From contig CAWGNJ010000006.1 of NCBI GenBank assembly GCA_963823915.1, positions 82,225 to 146,224 on the forward strand: 64,000 nt of DNA, read 5' to 3'. The translations under genes were made by a program, and so were the position numbers. Below the pieces are notes generated by a model. The model ran no database searches, had not been told where the DNA came from, and worked only from the letters and a program-made list of their open reading frames with translations. Within the stretch, counting starts at the first letter, position 1, and the number at the start of each line of letters is the position of its first letter. Positions 31,774 through 42,416 of this stretch are shown in pieces. Origin of the DNA: an uncultured Actinomycetota bacterium (GTDB taxonomy: Bacteria; Actinomycetota; Acidimicrobiia; Spongiisociales; UBA4744).

Positions 31774-32250
31774 ATGACCACGATGGGTGAACCGATCAAT
31801 CCGGCCGTGGAACGGACCCGGCGCCTCCGTATCCGACGTTGGATGAAACTCCTGCGCGCCTTGGTCATGGTGATTTTGGTTGCCTTGATCCCCCTGGGGG
31901 TCGCCGCGCTGCTTTCCGACGATGAATCGTCGAGTTCGACGGTGACCACCGAATCCAGCGAGGTGCTGATTCGCACCTTCGATGGGACCGGCGACCATTC
32001 CACCGGGGTATTCGTTGTCGCCACGGATTGGGTTTTGGCCTGGGAGCTGGACGGTTTGGCCTCAGCTTCGATTGAGATAATTGTTCGGTCTTCTGACGGC
32101 AATGATATTGAGACACTGACCCAGGAGGGTCTTGGTCCGGGCAGGCAGGAATTCGCGGGGGCCGGCGCCTACCGGTTGTCGGTGTCTTCATCGGGCGATT
32201 GGCGGATTCGCGTGCTCGGCGTGACCGGGATCGAGGAGAGCGGAAGTTGA
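31774..32250 (+). CDS. hypothetical secreted/membrane-anchored protein
   Basis: N-terminal TM/signal anchor followed by a Ser/Thr-rich stretch and a ~100-aa domain. Confidence 0.4.
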   Translation: MTTMGEPINPAVERTRRLRIRRWMKLLRALVMVILVALIPLGVAALLSDDESSSSTVTTESSEVLIRTFDGTGDHSTGVFVVATDWVLAWELDGLASASIEIIVRSSDGNDIETLTQEGLGPGRQEFAGAGAYRLSVSSSGDWRIRVLGVTGIEESGS

Positions 32251-32306
32251 TGTGGCTGTTGCCGTCCGGGGCGACTACTCTCCGTCGGCGTTCTTGAAGT
32301 GAGGTC

Positions 32307-34118
32307 TTGTTGAGCGACAACGTTCGGGTGGAACCGACCCTCTTAGGCGCGGCATGGCGCTTCCGCTGGTTGGTCTTGATTGTGACGGCGCTGGCTGTGG
32401 CGCTTGGTTTTGTATACCTGGCAGTCAACCCGCCTCAGGTTTTCTACGTTGCCCAGTCCTCGATGGTGGTCCAAGCGACCGGCGGCGGCCTGGACCTGGG
32501 GGCATCTGGAAGCGATCAACGATTCGTTGCCAACCAGGTCGAGATCCTGCAGTCCGGACTTGTCGCCCAACTGGCCAGCGATATGGCGACCGAAAGTGGG
32601 GCCAATCTCTCTGCCCAAGACCTCCTCGATTTTTCGGTTGTCTCCGGTTCCACCAATAGCGACCTCGTCGAAGTGATCTTTGCGGATACCGATCAAAACG
32701 TCGCGATCACCGGAGCCAACGCCCTGGCGGCTGCCTATCAGCAGTTGGTTTCCGACGAGACGACTCAGGCAACCGAAGATGCGATCGAGCGCATTGACTC
32801 GCAGCTCAGAACACTCGACGAGAGAGCCGCCGTGCTCGATGCGGCAATATCCTCGGCTAATGCCGAAGACACGGTGCGGACTGATCTCGCCGCGCAGTAT
32901 GAGGATGCTCTTGCCGAAGTTGCGAAGCTGCAAGCCGAATTGCCGACTGCCACAACCACCCGCCAGGACGTCGTTCGTCAGCAGCTCATCGATCTACGAG
33001 ATGTCATAAGCACCTATCAGATCGTGGCTGCGTTCGGTCAAGAAGACAGCGCCCTGGACGATCTGAGGGTTGAACAGGATCAGCTGATAGCCCGGCGGGC
33101 CGCTCTACTCGAGCGCAAGGATCAAATCTCGGTCGATCTCGAACTAGCTCCCAACGTGGTTGCCTATTTCTCACCGGCTCAAGTTGCCGAGCCATCCGGC
33201 GATGCCGGGTCCGGCCGCACTCTGGCTGTTGCCTTGTTGGGAGGTCTCATCGCCGGTATGGGTCTGGCCTACCTGCTGGCCACCCGTCGCCGGGTCTTCC
33301 ACGATCGCGCTGAACCGCAAGCCGTCCTGGGCGCCCCGCTGTTGGCCGATGTTTCCGATTTCTCCGAAGAGGGGCTCAAGACTCGCCTTCCGGTACGGGA
33401 CGCTCCGCGTTCTGCCGCGGCGGAATCCTTCCGATTTGCGGCCGCCTCGCTGGAGCTACGGCTCACCCGCGAAGGGGCCAAGTCTCTAGTTGTGATCTCT
33501 CCGACGCTTGGAACGGGGAAGAGCACGGTGCTGGCCAACCTGGCGCTGGCCGCCGCCCGGGAGGGAACGAGAGTGCTGCTCATCGACGCAGACTTCGGGA
33601 ACCAGGACCTCACATCCCTGCTGGCCGATGACGGTCCCGGCCTGGCACCCGGCCTGACCGATATTGTCAGCGCCGGATTGCCTTTCTCCGAAGCCATCCG
33701 CCCGGTGAGTGTCGGACCCGACCTGAGGGTGTCGCTGATGAGCCGGGGACGCCAACCGGTGGTCGCCGCCGATCTTCTCCGGTCACCAAAGGTCAAGCAG
33801 CTCTTCGAAACGATCAAGGATGAATACGACGTCGTCCTGGTCGACGCTCCGCCTTTGTTGCAGGTTGCCTACACCAGCACGCTGGCGGCCTATGTCGACG
33901 GTGCTCTGGTGATCGTCGGGCACAAATCCTCGACCGGCCAACTCGAAGAAGCCCATACCCGACTGGGTCTTATCGGCGTCACCGTCTTTGGCTATCTGTA
34001 CAACCGCTCGCCGTTGCGTAGAGAGATGACGGTGTCGGAAGGGTCGATGGTCGATATTCTTGGCGACCTCGGGGCAACCGTGGCCCAGGAGCGGGAGAGC
34101 AAGAAAAAACGCCGCTGA
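32307..34118 (+). CDS. polysaccharide co-polymerase with C-terminal BY-kinase (Wzc-like chain-length determinant/tyrosine autokinase)
   Basis: N-terminal TM plus coiled-coil Wzz-like region. C-terminal Walker A SPTLGTGKSTVLANLALAAA, DADFGNQD and LVDAPP Walker-B-like motifs. Confidence 0.85.
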   Translation: MLSDNVRVEPTLLGAAWRFRWLVLIVTALAVALGFVYLAVNPPQVFYVAQSSMVVQATGGGLDLGASGSDQRFVANQVEILQSGLVAQLASDMATESGANLSAQDLLDFSVVSGSTNSDLVEVIFADTDQNVAITGANALAAAYQQLVSDETTQATEDAIERIDSQLRTLDERAAVLDAAISSANAEDTVRTDLAAQYEDALAEVAKLQAELPTATTTRQDVVRQQLIDLRDVISTYQIVAAFGQEDSALDDLRVEQDQLIARRAALLERKDQISVDLELAPNVVAYFSPAQVAEPSGDAGSGRTLAVALLGGLIAGMGLAYLLATRRRVFHDRAEPQAVLGAPLLADVSDFSEEGLKTRLPVRDAPRSAAAESFRFAAASLELRLTREGAKSLVVISPTLGTGKSTVLANLALAAAREGTRVLLIDADFGNQDLTSLLADDGPGLAPGLTDIVSAGLPFSEAIRPVSVGPDLRVSLMSRGRQPVVAADLLRSPKVKQLFETIKDEYDVVLVDAPPLLQVAYTSTLAAYVDGALVIVGHKSSTGQLEEAHTRLGLIGVTVFGYLYNRSPLRREMTVSEGSMVDILGDLGATVAQERESKKKRR

Positions 34119-34164
34119 AGCCGCTTGGCTTCGGATGACGTACCGTCACGACAGGCGAGGGTTG

Positions 34165-35331
34165 ATGCGTTCGCTCAGGGTGTTTCAAGTCCACAACCGC
34201 TATCGGCAGGCTGGGGGCGAGGACACGGTCGTCGCCCGGGAAGCAGCATTGCTGAGATCCGCCGGCCATGACGTTGTCGAGTTCCACACTTCCAACCCCG
34301 ACGAAACACTGAGTGCGGGTCTCACGTTGCTGGCTGCACCGTGGAACCTGAGGGCGGCCGGCCGGCTTCGAAGCGCCGCCGAAGAACACCGTCCCGACGT
34401 TGTCCATATTCACAACACCTGGTGGGCGCTGTCACCGGCCAGCATCCGAGTGTTGGCGAAGCTCGATGTGCCGATAGTGATGACGCTCCACAACTACCGG
34501 CTGTTATGTGTCAACGCCATGCTCTTTCGGGACGGAAAGCCATGCGAAGATTGCGTCGGGTCTCATCCCTGGCATGGCGTGCAGCACGCCTGCTATCGCG
34601 ATTCCAGAGCGGCTTCCACTATTGCAGCGTCCACCATTGACCTGCATCGCAGGTTGAGGACGTGGGATTCGGTTGATTCTCTGCTGGCTCTGACGGAGTT
34701 CGCTCGCGATCGTTTTCTGGCGGGAGGATTGTCCCCGGAGAAGCTCCGAGTGAAGCAGAACTTCGTCGACGATCCCGGTCGACGCTACGGGGAACCGTCG
34801 GCGAGCAAGATGGTGGTGGTAGTGGGTCGGATCAGTGCTGAGAAGGGGATTCGAACCCTCCTGGAAGCGTGGCGTCGGGCGGCTCCCGTCGGGCTCGAAC
34901 TGGTCGTTATCGGCGATGGACCGTTGAGACAAGAACTCGAAAAGCAGTCGCAATCGTCGGTGCGATTCGTCGGGTCGGCGTCGAGCGCCGAGGTAGCGGA
35001 CTACATGCTGAGGGCTCGCGCGCTGGCCTTCCCCTCGGTCGTCTACGAAGGCCAGCCGATGGTACTGCTGGAAGCGTTGGCGGCAGGCTTGCCCCTGGTC
35101 ATTTCGTCACTCGGCGGCATTCCCGAGACGGCCCACGACGATCGAGCGGTCCTTCGAGCTGAAGCTGGAGATGCTGATTCGTGGGCCGCCGCCCTCGCCG
35201 GGTTGGAAGATGCCGACTGGGTTGACCAAGCGGGGCGAGCTGCCCGGCGGGTCTTCGAGACAAGGTACACGCCGGAGTTGGCGTTGGCGGGATTGATTGA
35301 CGTGTACGAGCAGGCGATCAGGTCCAAGTGA
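34165..35331 (+). CDS. GT4-family glycosyltransferase
   Basis: EGQPMVLLEALAAGLPLVISSLGGIPE E-x7-E motif; GRISAEKG. Confidence 0.85.
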   Translation: MRSLRVFQVHNRYRQAGGEDTVVAREAALLRSAGHDVVEFHTSNPDETLSAGLTLLAAPWNLRAAGRLRSAAEEHRPDVVHIHNTWWALSPASIRVLAKLDVPIVMTLHNYRLLCVNAMLFRDGKPCEDCVGSHPWHGVQHACYRDSRAASTIAASTIDLHRRLRTWDSVDSLLALTEFARDRFLAGGLSPEKLRVKQNFVDDPGRRYGEPSASKMVVVVGRISAEKGIRTLLEAWRRAAPVGLELVVIGDGPLRQELEKQSQSSVRFVGSASSAEVADYMLRARALAFPSVVYEGQPMVLLEALAAGLPLVISSLGGIPETAHDDRAVLRAEAGDADSWAAALAGLEDADWVDQAGRAARRVFETRYTPELALAGLIDVYEQAIRSK

Positions 35332-35340
35332 CCGCGGTGG

Positions 35341-36135
35341 CTAATTGCTGCGGGATGTCTTCCGTCGGATGACCTGGGCAGCGAGCAGGGCCATGAAGGC
35401 CGGATTGTTGACGAGGTAGCGGCGCCACAGTCGTCCCGGCTGCTGTCCGAAACGGTGGAGCCATTCCAGTCCGGCCGACTGCATCCAGGCGGGCGCCCGC
35501 GGAGTGGTGCCGGCGATGAAGTCAAAGGCCGCCCCTACTCCCAGCAGGACAGCCCCGGGGAGGTAATCGGCTGCCCGACGCATCCATAATTCTTGTTTGG
35601 GCATGCCAAGTCCCACCCAGACGAAGTCGGCGCCGGACTCTCGAATCCGGGTGGTATCCGACTGCAGATCGTCGTCCGTCGTTGGTTTGAAGGGTGGTGA
35701 GTAGCTACCGGCAATGCGAATGTCTGGAGCCAATTCTCGGGCCGCGGCGACCAATCTGCTCAGGGTTTCCTCAGAACTCCCGTAGAAGAAGTGGCTTCGA
35801 TCTCCGCCTTGTTGTAGAGCCGTTTCCATGAAGGTAGGTCCGGGAACCCGGGGTTGATTGGGGTAACCACTGGCCCGGAGACCCCAGGCGACCGGCATAC
35901 CATCCGGCGCGGCAACGTCGGCTTCGCTCAGGGCAGCCGCCACCTCAGGTTGGCGGCGAGCCGTCATGACTGAGTGGACGTTGCAGAACGCAACCACGGT
36001 CGCCCGCTCGGCCGGTCGAGAGTCGAGGAGATTGAGGAGGTCGTCGTTCGAGGTTACGGAGATGGGCGTTCCAACGACAGAAACCCGATCCGGCCAATGG
36101 CCTGCAAAGCTCACTGGGTCTCCTGTTGCTCCCAC
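35341..36135 (-). CDS. WecB/TagA/CpsF-family glycosyltransferase (GT26)
   Basis: [17 protein letters not shown] and [10 protein letters not shown]...GSYSPPF...[12 protein letters not shown] are GT26 signatures. Confidence 0.8.
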   Translation of the reverse strand: MGATGDPVSFAGHWPDRVSVVGTPISVTSNDDLLNLLDSRPAERATVVAFCNVHSVMTARRQPEVAAALSEADVAAPDGMPVAWGLRASGYPNQPRVPGPTFMETALQQGGDRSHFFYGSSEETLSRLVAAARELAPDIRIAGSYSPPFKPTTDDDLQSDTTRIRESGADFVWVGLGMPKQELWMRRAADYLPGAVLLGVGAAFDFIAGTTPRAPAWMQSAGLEWLHRFGQQPGRLWRRYLVNNPAFMALLAAQVIRRKTSRSN

Positions 36136-37070
36136 CAGGCAATGGTACGGCGAAGGCCCTCTTCCAAGTCGATCTCGGCCTCGAACCCGAAATACTCTTT
36201 GGCGCGGGTGGTATCCAACATGCGGCGCGGCTGGCCGTCAGGTTTTGACTTATCCCATCGCACTTCGCCCGCAAAGCCCGTCAGTTCGGCGATGAGCATG
36301 ACGAGATCCCGGATGGTTATCTCACGGTGGGTGCCGATATTGACGGGGTCCGGTCCGTCATAGCGCTTGGTGGCGAGGATGATTGCCCGGGCGGCGTCTT
36401 CCACATACAAGAACTCGCGGCTGGCCGACCCGGTACCCCACACCCCCACGTGCGGGTCCTCATTGTCGCGGGCCCTGACGAACTTCCGGATCAGGGCCGG
36501 GATAACGTGACTCGACTCGAGATCGAAATTGTCTCGCGGGCCGTAAAGATTGACCGGCAAGACGAAGATGCCGTTGTAGTCGTACTGCTCACGGTAGGCC
36601 TGCAACATCACCAGCAGAGACTTCTTGGCGATCCCGTAAGGTGCGTTGGTCTCTTCGGGGTAGCCGTTCCACAGGTCCTCTTCCTTGAACGGCACCGGAG
36701 TGAATTTCGGGTAGGCGCATACCGTGCCGACCTGTATGAACTTCTCGACGCCTACCCGGCGCGTCTCTTCGATCAGGTTGATGCCCATTGCCGCGTTGGC
36801 GTAGAAGTAGCGGCCGGGATTCGCCCGGTTGGCGCCGATACCGCCGACCTCGGCCGCGAGATGGAGCACGACATCCGGTCGTTCCTTGTCGATGAGGCGT
36901 CGCACATCCAGCTGCTCCGTCAGATCTATGTCTTCCCGAAGGGGAACGATGGTTTGAGCGCCTTCTTCCTCGAGCAGTTTGCAGATGTGCGACCCGAGGA
37001 ACCCGGCTCCCCCTGTCACCATTACCCGTTTGCCGTTGAGATCCATCACTCCGGCCTTCCATTGCGCCAC
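36111..37070 (-). CDS. fcl: GDP-L-fucose synthase (GDP-4-keto-6-deoxy-D-mannose 3,5-epimerase/4-reductase)
   Basis: [13 protein letters not shown]; [33 protein letters not shown]. Overlaps gmd by 25 nt, giving a gmd-fcl operon. Confidence 0.9.
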   Translation of the reverse strand: MAQWKAGVMDLNGKRVMVTGGAGFLGSHICKLLEEEGAQTIVPLREDIDLTEQLDVRRLIDKERPDVVLHLAAEVGGIGANRANPGRYFYANAAMGINLIEETRRVGVEKFIQVGTVCAYPKFTPVPFKEEDLWNGYPEETNAPYGIAKKSLLVMLQAYREQYDYNGIFVLPVNLYGPRDNFDLESSHVIPALIRKFVRARDNEDPHVGVWGTGSASREFLYVEDAARAIILATKRYDGPDPVNIGTHREITIRDLVMLIAELTGFAGEVRWDKSKPDGQPRRMLDTTRAKEYFGFEAEIDLEEGLRRTIAWWEQQETQ

Positions 37071-38089
37071 TCGATTGTCTTGAGACCGGCATCGACCAGA
37101 GCTCTTTCCTGCTTGGCAAGCTCGAGATCTGAGGCGACCATCATCTCCACCAATTTGGAGAAATCAACCTCCGGTTCCCACCCGAGCGCCTTGCGAGCCT
37201 TGGAGGAGTCGCCTTCCAACAACTCGACCTCCGCCGGGCGGAAGTAACGGCTGTCGATCTCCACATGATCCCGATAGTCGAGATCCAACATCCCGAAACT
37301 GCGCTCACACATTTCCCGTACCGAATGGCGCTCCCCGGTGGCGATCACGTAGTCGTCGGGGGCGTCCTGCTGGAGCATTAGCCACATGGCCCGGACGAAG
37401 TCTCCCGCGAACCCCCAGTCCCTCTCAGCTTCCAGGTTTCCGAGGAAGAGCTTTTCCTGCAGGCCCAGCTTGATGCGGGTCGCGGCCCGGGTGATCTTGC
37501 GGGTGACAAAGGTCTCGCCCCGGCGAGGAGATTCATGATTAAAGAGGATTCCGTTGCAGGCGTACATCGAGTAGGCCTCGCGATAGTTGACCGTCTGCCA
37601 GTAGGCGTAGACCTTGGCAACCCCGTATGGGCTGCGAGGGTGGAAAGGAGTGGTTTCGGATTGGGGAGTCTCGACGACCTGTCCGTACATCTCCGACGAG
37701 GATGCCTGATAGAACCGCACCGGGTAGTTGAGCTGGCGGATTGCCTCGAGAAGACGCAAAGTGCCCAGGGCGACCACATCGGCCGTATAGATGGGGTTGT
37801 TGAACGAAACGCCAACGTGGGATTGAGCACCGAGATTGTAGATCTCGGTCGGTTCGATCGTCTGGAGGAGCCGACTCAGAGTGTTGCCATCGGCCAAGTC
37901 GGCATAGTGAAGCAACAGGTTTGCGTTGTTGTTATGAGGGTCGACGTACAGATGGTCAATCCGTTCGGTACCAAACGTACTCGAACGACGTACGAGCCCA
38001 TGTACCGTGTAGCCCTTTTCGAGAAGGAACTCGGCTAGATACGATCCGTCTTGTCCGGTTATCCCGGTGATTAGCGCGTGCCCTGGCAT
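37046..38089 (-). CDS. gmd: GDP-mannose 4,6-dehydratase
   Basis: [27 protein letters not shown]; NLGAQSHV; [19 protein letters not shown]; [16 protein letters not shown]. True start is MPGHALITG with a GGGAGG RBS; the annotated ORF is over-extended. Confidence 0.9.
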   Translation of the reverse strand: MPGHALITGITGQDGSYLAEFLLEKGYTVHGLVRRSSTFGTERIDHLYVDPHNNNANLLLHYADLADGNTLSRLLQTIEPTEIYNLGAQSHVGVSFNNPIYTADVVALGTLRLLEAIRQLNYPVRFYQASSSEMYGQVVETPQSETTPFHPRSPYGVAKVYAYWQTVNYREAYSMYACNGILFNHESPRRGETFVTRKITRAATRIKLGLQEKLFLGNLEAERDWGFAGDFVRAMWLMLQQDAPDDYVIATGERHSVREMCERSFGMLDLDYRDHVEIDSRYFRPAEVELLEGDSSKARKALGWEPEVDFSKLVEMMVASDLELAKQERALVDAGLKTIEWRNGRPE

Positions 38090-38090
38090 T

Positions 38091-38121
38091 GGCACCTCCC
38101 ACCACTCAGAGTAGTTGTTTG
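38091..38121 (-). promoter_or_regulatory. conserved 20-nt motif CTAYTCTGAGTGGTGGGAGGT immediately upstream of gmd (includes its RBS); second copy upstream of the GT2 at 53718-53745
   Basis: Minus-strand aacaactactctgagtggtgggaggtgccaATG versus plus-strand cagctattctgagtggtgggaggttg at 53.72 kb, matching at 19/20 positions. Confidence 0.3.
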
Positions 38122-38203
38122 CCCACATGTTTCGCAAGACCAAATGGCGACCACCAAGAGTAGTGATCACCTTGATGCGGGTAGGCTGCCAGGCTAACCG
38201 AGA

Positions 38204-38836
38204 TTGAATGACATGAGTGATCAGCACAGACCAGGAGAGCAAACCGGCCACCATCAGGGTCAGTTTGTCGTGATCGTGGGCCCGGATGGAGTGGGGAAGA
38301 CCACAGTGGCTCGGGCGCTTATCGCCGCGGCCGGGCCGCCCACCGGATACTTCCACTTCCGTCCGGTGGTCTTCAGCCCGATGCTCGATGCGCCACCTGA
38401 GTCCATGGACCCGGCGATCGACAAGGGGTCTTCAGAAGGGTCGCGACTCTTGGGTTGGGTCCGGATCGGACGCAACCTGGTCAGATTCTGGGCCGGCTAT
38501 CTCATGCGGGTTCGGCCGGCGGTTGCCAGGGGGAGCCTTGTGATCGGTGACCGTTGGGCCTATGGCTATTTGGTACAACCGGCGGCCCTCAAGTTCTACG
38601 GTCCGGCATGGTTGGCCCGGTTGGCGGTGCGGCTGCTCCCGGAGCCCGATCTCGTTGCCAACCTCATCGCACCGGTCGACGTGGTTCGCAACCGCAAACA
38701 GGAATTGACTGTGGCAGAGATCTCGGCCGAACTGACGGCCTGGAGACGGCTCCCCGCCCGCCATCTTCGTGATTTCGATACTCAGGGCAGACCGGATCAA
38801 ATCGCTGCGCGGATTCTTGAGGAGTTGGGACGATGA
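38204..38836 (+). CDS. small P-loop NTPase/kinase-like protein
   Basis: Walker [19 protein letters not shown]. 210 aa. A 4-nt overlap with the downstream APH-like kinase gene indicates an operon. Confidence 0.5.
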   Translation: MNDMSDQHRPGEQTGHHQGQFVVIVGPDGVGKTTVARALIAAAGPPTGYFHFRPVVFSPMLDAPPESMDPAIDKGSSEGSRLLGWVRIGRNLVRFWAGYLMRVRPAVARGSLVIGDRWAYGYLVQPAALKFYGPAWLARLAVRLLPEPDLVANLIAPVDVVRNRKQELTVAEISAELTAWRRLPARHLRDFDTQGRPDQIAARILEELGR

Positions 38837-39732
38837 AATCCCATCGAGCCTTTCCGCCGGGCGTGGGAAACCTCAAGATCCCTGTCTCTTCGCGGCGAGC
38901 TGCCCGGGCCGGTTTGGCTCTCTACGGCCCGTGCCGCCCGAAAGGGCGTTTCGCCCGCTGGGTAGCGTGGAGGTTGGTGGATCTGTTGGGAGCTGGGGCC
39001 CTTCCCGGCCGGCCCACCGAGTGGCATCCGCCCATGACCAACGAGACCTGGAAAGCGCTCACTTCCGTCTGGCAGGATCGGGTAGGCCCTTTTGAGGATG
39101 TGGCGATCTTCGATCGGGCACAGGCTTCGCGAACCGGTTTCGCAGCCCTGCTGCTGCGCAACGGCGGAGCCGTCGGATTCGCCAAGGTTCGGGAGGGAGA
39201 CGGCTCCGCCTTGGCCAATGAGGCTCGGGCTCTGGAAGCCGTTGGCGGATCTGGACCGACCTTGTTCGAGGTTCCGATGGCCATCGCGCTCGGCACGGTT
39301 GAGGGGTGGCACTTCTTCTTGGTGTCCCCCCTCCACCCGAGCCTCCATACCATGCCGGTCCGACCGCCCTTGGGCGAGATCGTGGTCGAGATACAGTCCG
39401 GATTGGGTGGTCTCCCGCGTCCTTCGGGGGTCGCGCCACATTGGAGGCCAATGCACGGCGACTTCACACCGTGGAATCTTCGCCAACGCGCCGACGGTTC
39501 GCTTTTCTTGATCGACTGGGAGGATGCCGCGTGGGCGCCCCCGGGCGCCGACGAGGTCTACTACCGGGCGGTGGAGAGCGCGGTGGCCGGCCGACGCTTT
39601 GACGGCCAAGGCTTCGACGAAGCAATCCGATTCTGGCTGGAAGTCCTTGAGAAGCGGCGCATTGATGCTCTAGCTGCGGGTGACCGCGACGCCGGCTTAC
39701 TGGACGATTTGCTACAAACTATTGGCGGGTAG
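38833..39732 (+). CDS. aminoglycoside-phosphotransferase/choline-kinase-fold (protein-kinase-like) small-molecule kinase
   Basis: HGDFTPWNL catalytic loop (HGDxxxxN) and LIDWEDA (DxE/D metal-binding). Confidence 0.6.
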   Translation: MKSHRAFPPGVGNLKIPVSSRRAARAGLALYGPCRPKGRFARWVAWRLVDLLGAGALPGRPTEWHPPMTNETWKALTSVWQDRVGPFEDVAIFDRAQASRTGFAALLLRNGGAVGFAKVREGDGSALANEARALEAVGGSGPTLFEVPMAIALGTVEGWHFFLVSPLHPSLHTMPVRPPLGEIVVEIQSGLGGLPRPSGVAPHWRPMHGDFTPWNLRQRADGSLFLIDWEDAAWAPPGADEVYYRAVESAVAGRRFDGQGFDEAIRFWLEVLEKRRIDALAAGDRDAGLLDDLLQTIGG

Positions 39733-41061
39733 CGGCGCCAATGCCTTTTCTGCCGGTGGGACAAACCTGCGCGCCACATCGCTGAGGCCGGCCAGACAGG
39801 CAAACAGAATCAGATCGGAATTGATCCATCCACCAAAACCGAGGCTCACGAATGTGTGGAGGAGCAGCGGGACGATGATGATCCCAACTGCCGTGTCGAC
39901 CCCGGCCAGCAGCTTTCGCCCGCTCCACCAAGCGACCCGGAGCGAAGCCCAAATCAGAAGGATGCTGCCGAGCAAGCCAACGCCAAGGAGCGCCTCCATA
40001 TACCCGCTGTGAAGACTCGAGGCAGTATCCGCGCCGATTGCTTTTAGGGCGGCCCAACGGCCCCCGGCCCCGAACCCGAATCCTGTCAAGAGGTGTTCGT
40101 CCGCTACTTCGAGCGCGGCCCCCCACCAGATCCAACGTCCGCTCCAGGAGGTCACATTCACGGCGGCTTGATCACGCGTGACGGCACCCCAAAGAGTGTC
40201 GGAGTTCACGACCACGGCGATCGCCGTGGCCGGCCCGATGAAGAAGAGGAGAAGCTTGCGGCGATGGATCAACAACACGACCGCCGCCGAGACCAACCAG
40301 ATGACCAGTCCCTGCCGTCCTGAGGCGAACAGTATCCCGAGGGTTCCGAAGATCGCGAATGTTATCCAGCCGAGTCTGGCTCTCCGCCCCGATGATTCGA
40401 AGTATTCCGACGCTCCGTATGCGAACATCAATGCGCCGATAGCAGAAAGACTGTTCGGGTGGGTGTAAGGGCTACCCATTGAGTTGGCCGTGATGAATCC
40501 TGGTCGGTTGTCTCCGGATAGAAATTCTCCGGGAACCAGGATGAATCCGATGACGGCCACGGCCACCAGGGCTCCCTCGAGCAAGATGACCATGCGGATC
40601 GTGTCGCGGAACTCCCGCTCCGGGTCCGAACCCACTCTGATCGCCCATATGGCGGCCAAACCGGCAGAAAGTTCGATCACTTTTCCGAAGGTGACGATCG
40701 GCGCCACCGAATACAGCGAAGTAGCGGCCGCGAAGACCCCATAGAACGTGAGGATTCCCAAGGTGGTGGATTTGGATGTCAACTTCCTGCCGGGCCGAAT
40801 GAGGGCGGGGATAACAATGAGGATGGCCAGCAGCGAAAGCCCACCCCTGATCACCCGCTCGATCACCACGGGGTCGGCAAGCACTTCCTCGGCTGTGGTC
40901 GGAGCCGCAAAGCTATGTGACCCCAGGAGGACGAGCAGCAAGGCGAATTGGGCGCGGGTCATGCGTATCCGGCCGGTCTTGCGAAATCCGCTCAATCCCT
41001 GCGGCGCGGCGAACGTCAGGGCCAGTATCCAGATGACTGCTGTCCAGCTGAGGCCTCTCAC
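39712..41061 (-). CDS. O-antigen ligase/polymerase family membrane protein (Wzy/WaaL-like)
   Basis: Ten or more TM helices with a large loop: GFGFGAGGRWAALKAIGADTASSLHSGYMEALLGVGLLG (Wzy_C-like). Confidence 0.7.
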   Translation of the reverse strand: MRGLSWTAVIWILALTFAAPQGLSGFRKTGRIRMTRAQFALLLVLLGSHSFAAPTTAEEVLADPVVIERVIRGGLSLLAILIVIPALIRPGRKLTSKSTTLGILTFYGVFAAATSLYSVAPIVTFGKVIELSAGLAAIWAIRVGSDPEREFRDTIRMVILLEGALVAVAVIGFILVPGEFLSGDNRPGFITANSMGSPYTHPNSLSAIGALMFAYGASEYFESSGRRARLGWITFAIFGTLGILFASGRQGLVIWLVSAAVVLLIHRRKLLLFFIGPATAIAVVVNSDTLWGAVTRDQAAVNVTSWSGRWIWWGAALEVADEHLLTGFGFGAGGRWAALKAIGADTASSLHSGYMEALLGVGLLGSILLIWASLRVAWWSGRKLLAGVDTAVGIIIVPLLLHTFVSLGFGGWINSDLILFACLAGLSDVARRFVPPAEKALAPLPANSL

Positions 41062-41192
41062 TCCTCTAACCTCCGACCGGAGAGCCTACCTGCAGTATTC
41101 GGGTAGGTCTTCCGGCAATGGGCTTGACGGTCCTGCGCAGCGATGAATTCCCCGGGGGGATGGTTCATGCTTAGGCTGACCGCTGACATCGA

Positions 41193-42392
41193 ATGGGGCG
41201 GTTGATGAAGGTTCTTCTTTCCGCGTATGCATGCGAGCCGGGAAAGGGCTCGGAGCCCGAAGTTGGTTTGCGCGCCTTGGAAGTGGTGGCCGGCGCCCAC
41301 GAGGTGTGGGTGTTGACTCGTACGAACAACCTGGATTCTCTTAAGCCCTTCCTTGCTTCACAATCGGCCGGCGACCGCGTTCGTGTGGTTGGGGTCGAGG
41401 CACCTGCTTGGGCCCTGCGTCTCAAGGCGAGGGGCGTACTCCCCGTCCAGTTGTATTACGACCTTTGGCAGCGGGCGGCCGCGGTGAAGGCTGTCGAGCT
41501 AGATCGCGAGATTTCATTCGATCTGGTTCACCACGTCACGTTCGCTTCCTATTGGGGGCGTGCCGGAGTTGCCGTGCTGGACAAACCAATGGTGTGGGGT
41601 CCGGTCGGGGGAGGGGTGTCACCACCGCGAACCCTGAGGAGTCTGCTCGGTTGGCGCGGTATGGGCTCCCACGCGGCGAGAGCGGCGATCAGGCCCGTAT
41701 TGGCCCGATTGCTCAACCCGCTCCGCAGTCGCGCCGGGGGGACCTTGGTGCTCGCCCAGAACCATCAGACAATCGAGCGCTTGGGCTCACCGGCAGGTGC
41801 CAGGGTGGTCTCCAACGCAACGTCCGTCACGGTCCCGTCCCCCGAATCGAGTCGATCTCGGAGCAAGGAAATTGCTTTCGTTGGTCGCCTCATCCCTTGG
41901 AAAGCAGGCGTGCTGGCCGTCCGTGTGATGCAGCATGTGCAAGACCCGGAGGCTGTTCTTGTCATCTACGGTCGCGGCCCGGAGGAATCGCGGATGAAAT
42001 CGCTGGCTGCCCAGCTCGGCGTTGACGCGAGAGTGCGGTTCGAGGGACCAGTTGCCAGACAGGACCTGCTGGATCGTTTGGCCGGGTCGGCGGCACTGCT
42101 TCACGTAGCCCTGCACGAGGAAGCCGGTCTCGCCGTCGCCGAAGCCCTGGCTTTCGGTACTCCGGTCGTTTGTCTAGATCATGGAGGCCCCGCGGAACTG
42201 GTCCAGAGGTGGGCCAGCAGCCCATCGATGGCCGTGGTGCCGGCCGACCGTCTGAGCACCGAGATTCGCCTAGCCGGGGCGCTGGATGGATTCCTCTCGG
42301 CCCCCCCGCCGATTCCCGCCGAGTCGCATCTGCCGGTTCCAACATTCGGAGAGGAACTGCTGGCGGCCTACGACAACGTCATTTCGGGTTGA
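41193..42392 (+). CDS. GT4-family glycosyltransferase (WcaL/AmsK-like N-terminus)
   Basis: MKVLLSAYACEPGKGSEPEVG N-terminal motif; C-terminal LHEEAGLAVAEALAFGTPVVCLDHGGPAE. Confidence 0.85.
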   Translation: MGRLMKVLLSAYACEPGKGSEPEVGLRALEVVAGAHEVWVLTRTNNLDSLKPFLASQSAGDRVRVVGVEAPAWALRLKARGVLPVQLYYDLWQRAAAVKAVELDREISFDLVHHVTFASYWGRAGVAVLDKPMVWGPVGGGVSPPRTLRSLLGWRGMGSHAARAAIRPVLARLLNPLRSRAGGTLVLAQNHQTIERLGSPAGARVVSNATSVTVPSPESSRSRSKEIAFVGRLIPWKAGVLAVRVMQHVQDPEAVLVIYGRGPEESRMKSLAAQLGVDARVRFEGPVARQDLLDRLAGSAALLHVALHEEAGLAVAEALAFGTPVVCLDHGGPAELVQRWASSPSMAVVPADRLSTEIRLAGALDGFLSAPPPIPAESHLPVPTFGEELLAAYDNVISG

Positions 42393-42416
42393 GAGCACCG
42401 GATTGTTGGCCGTGCA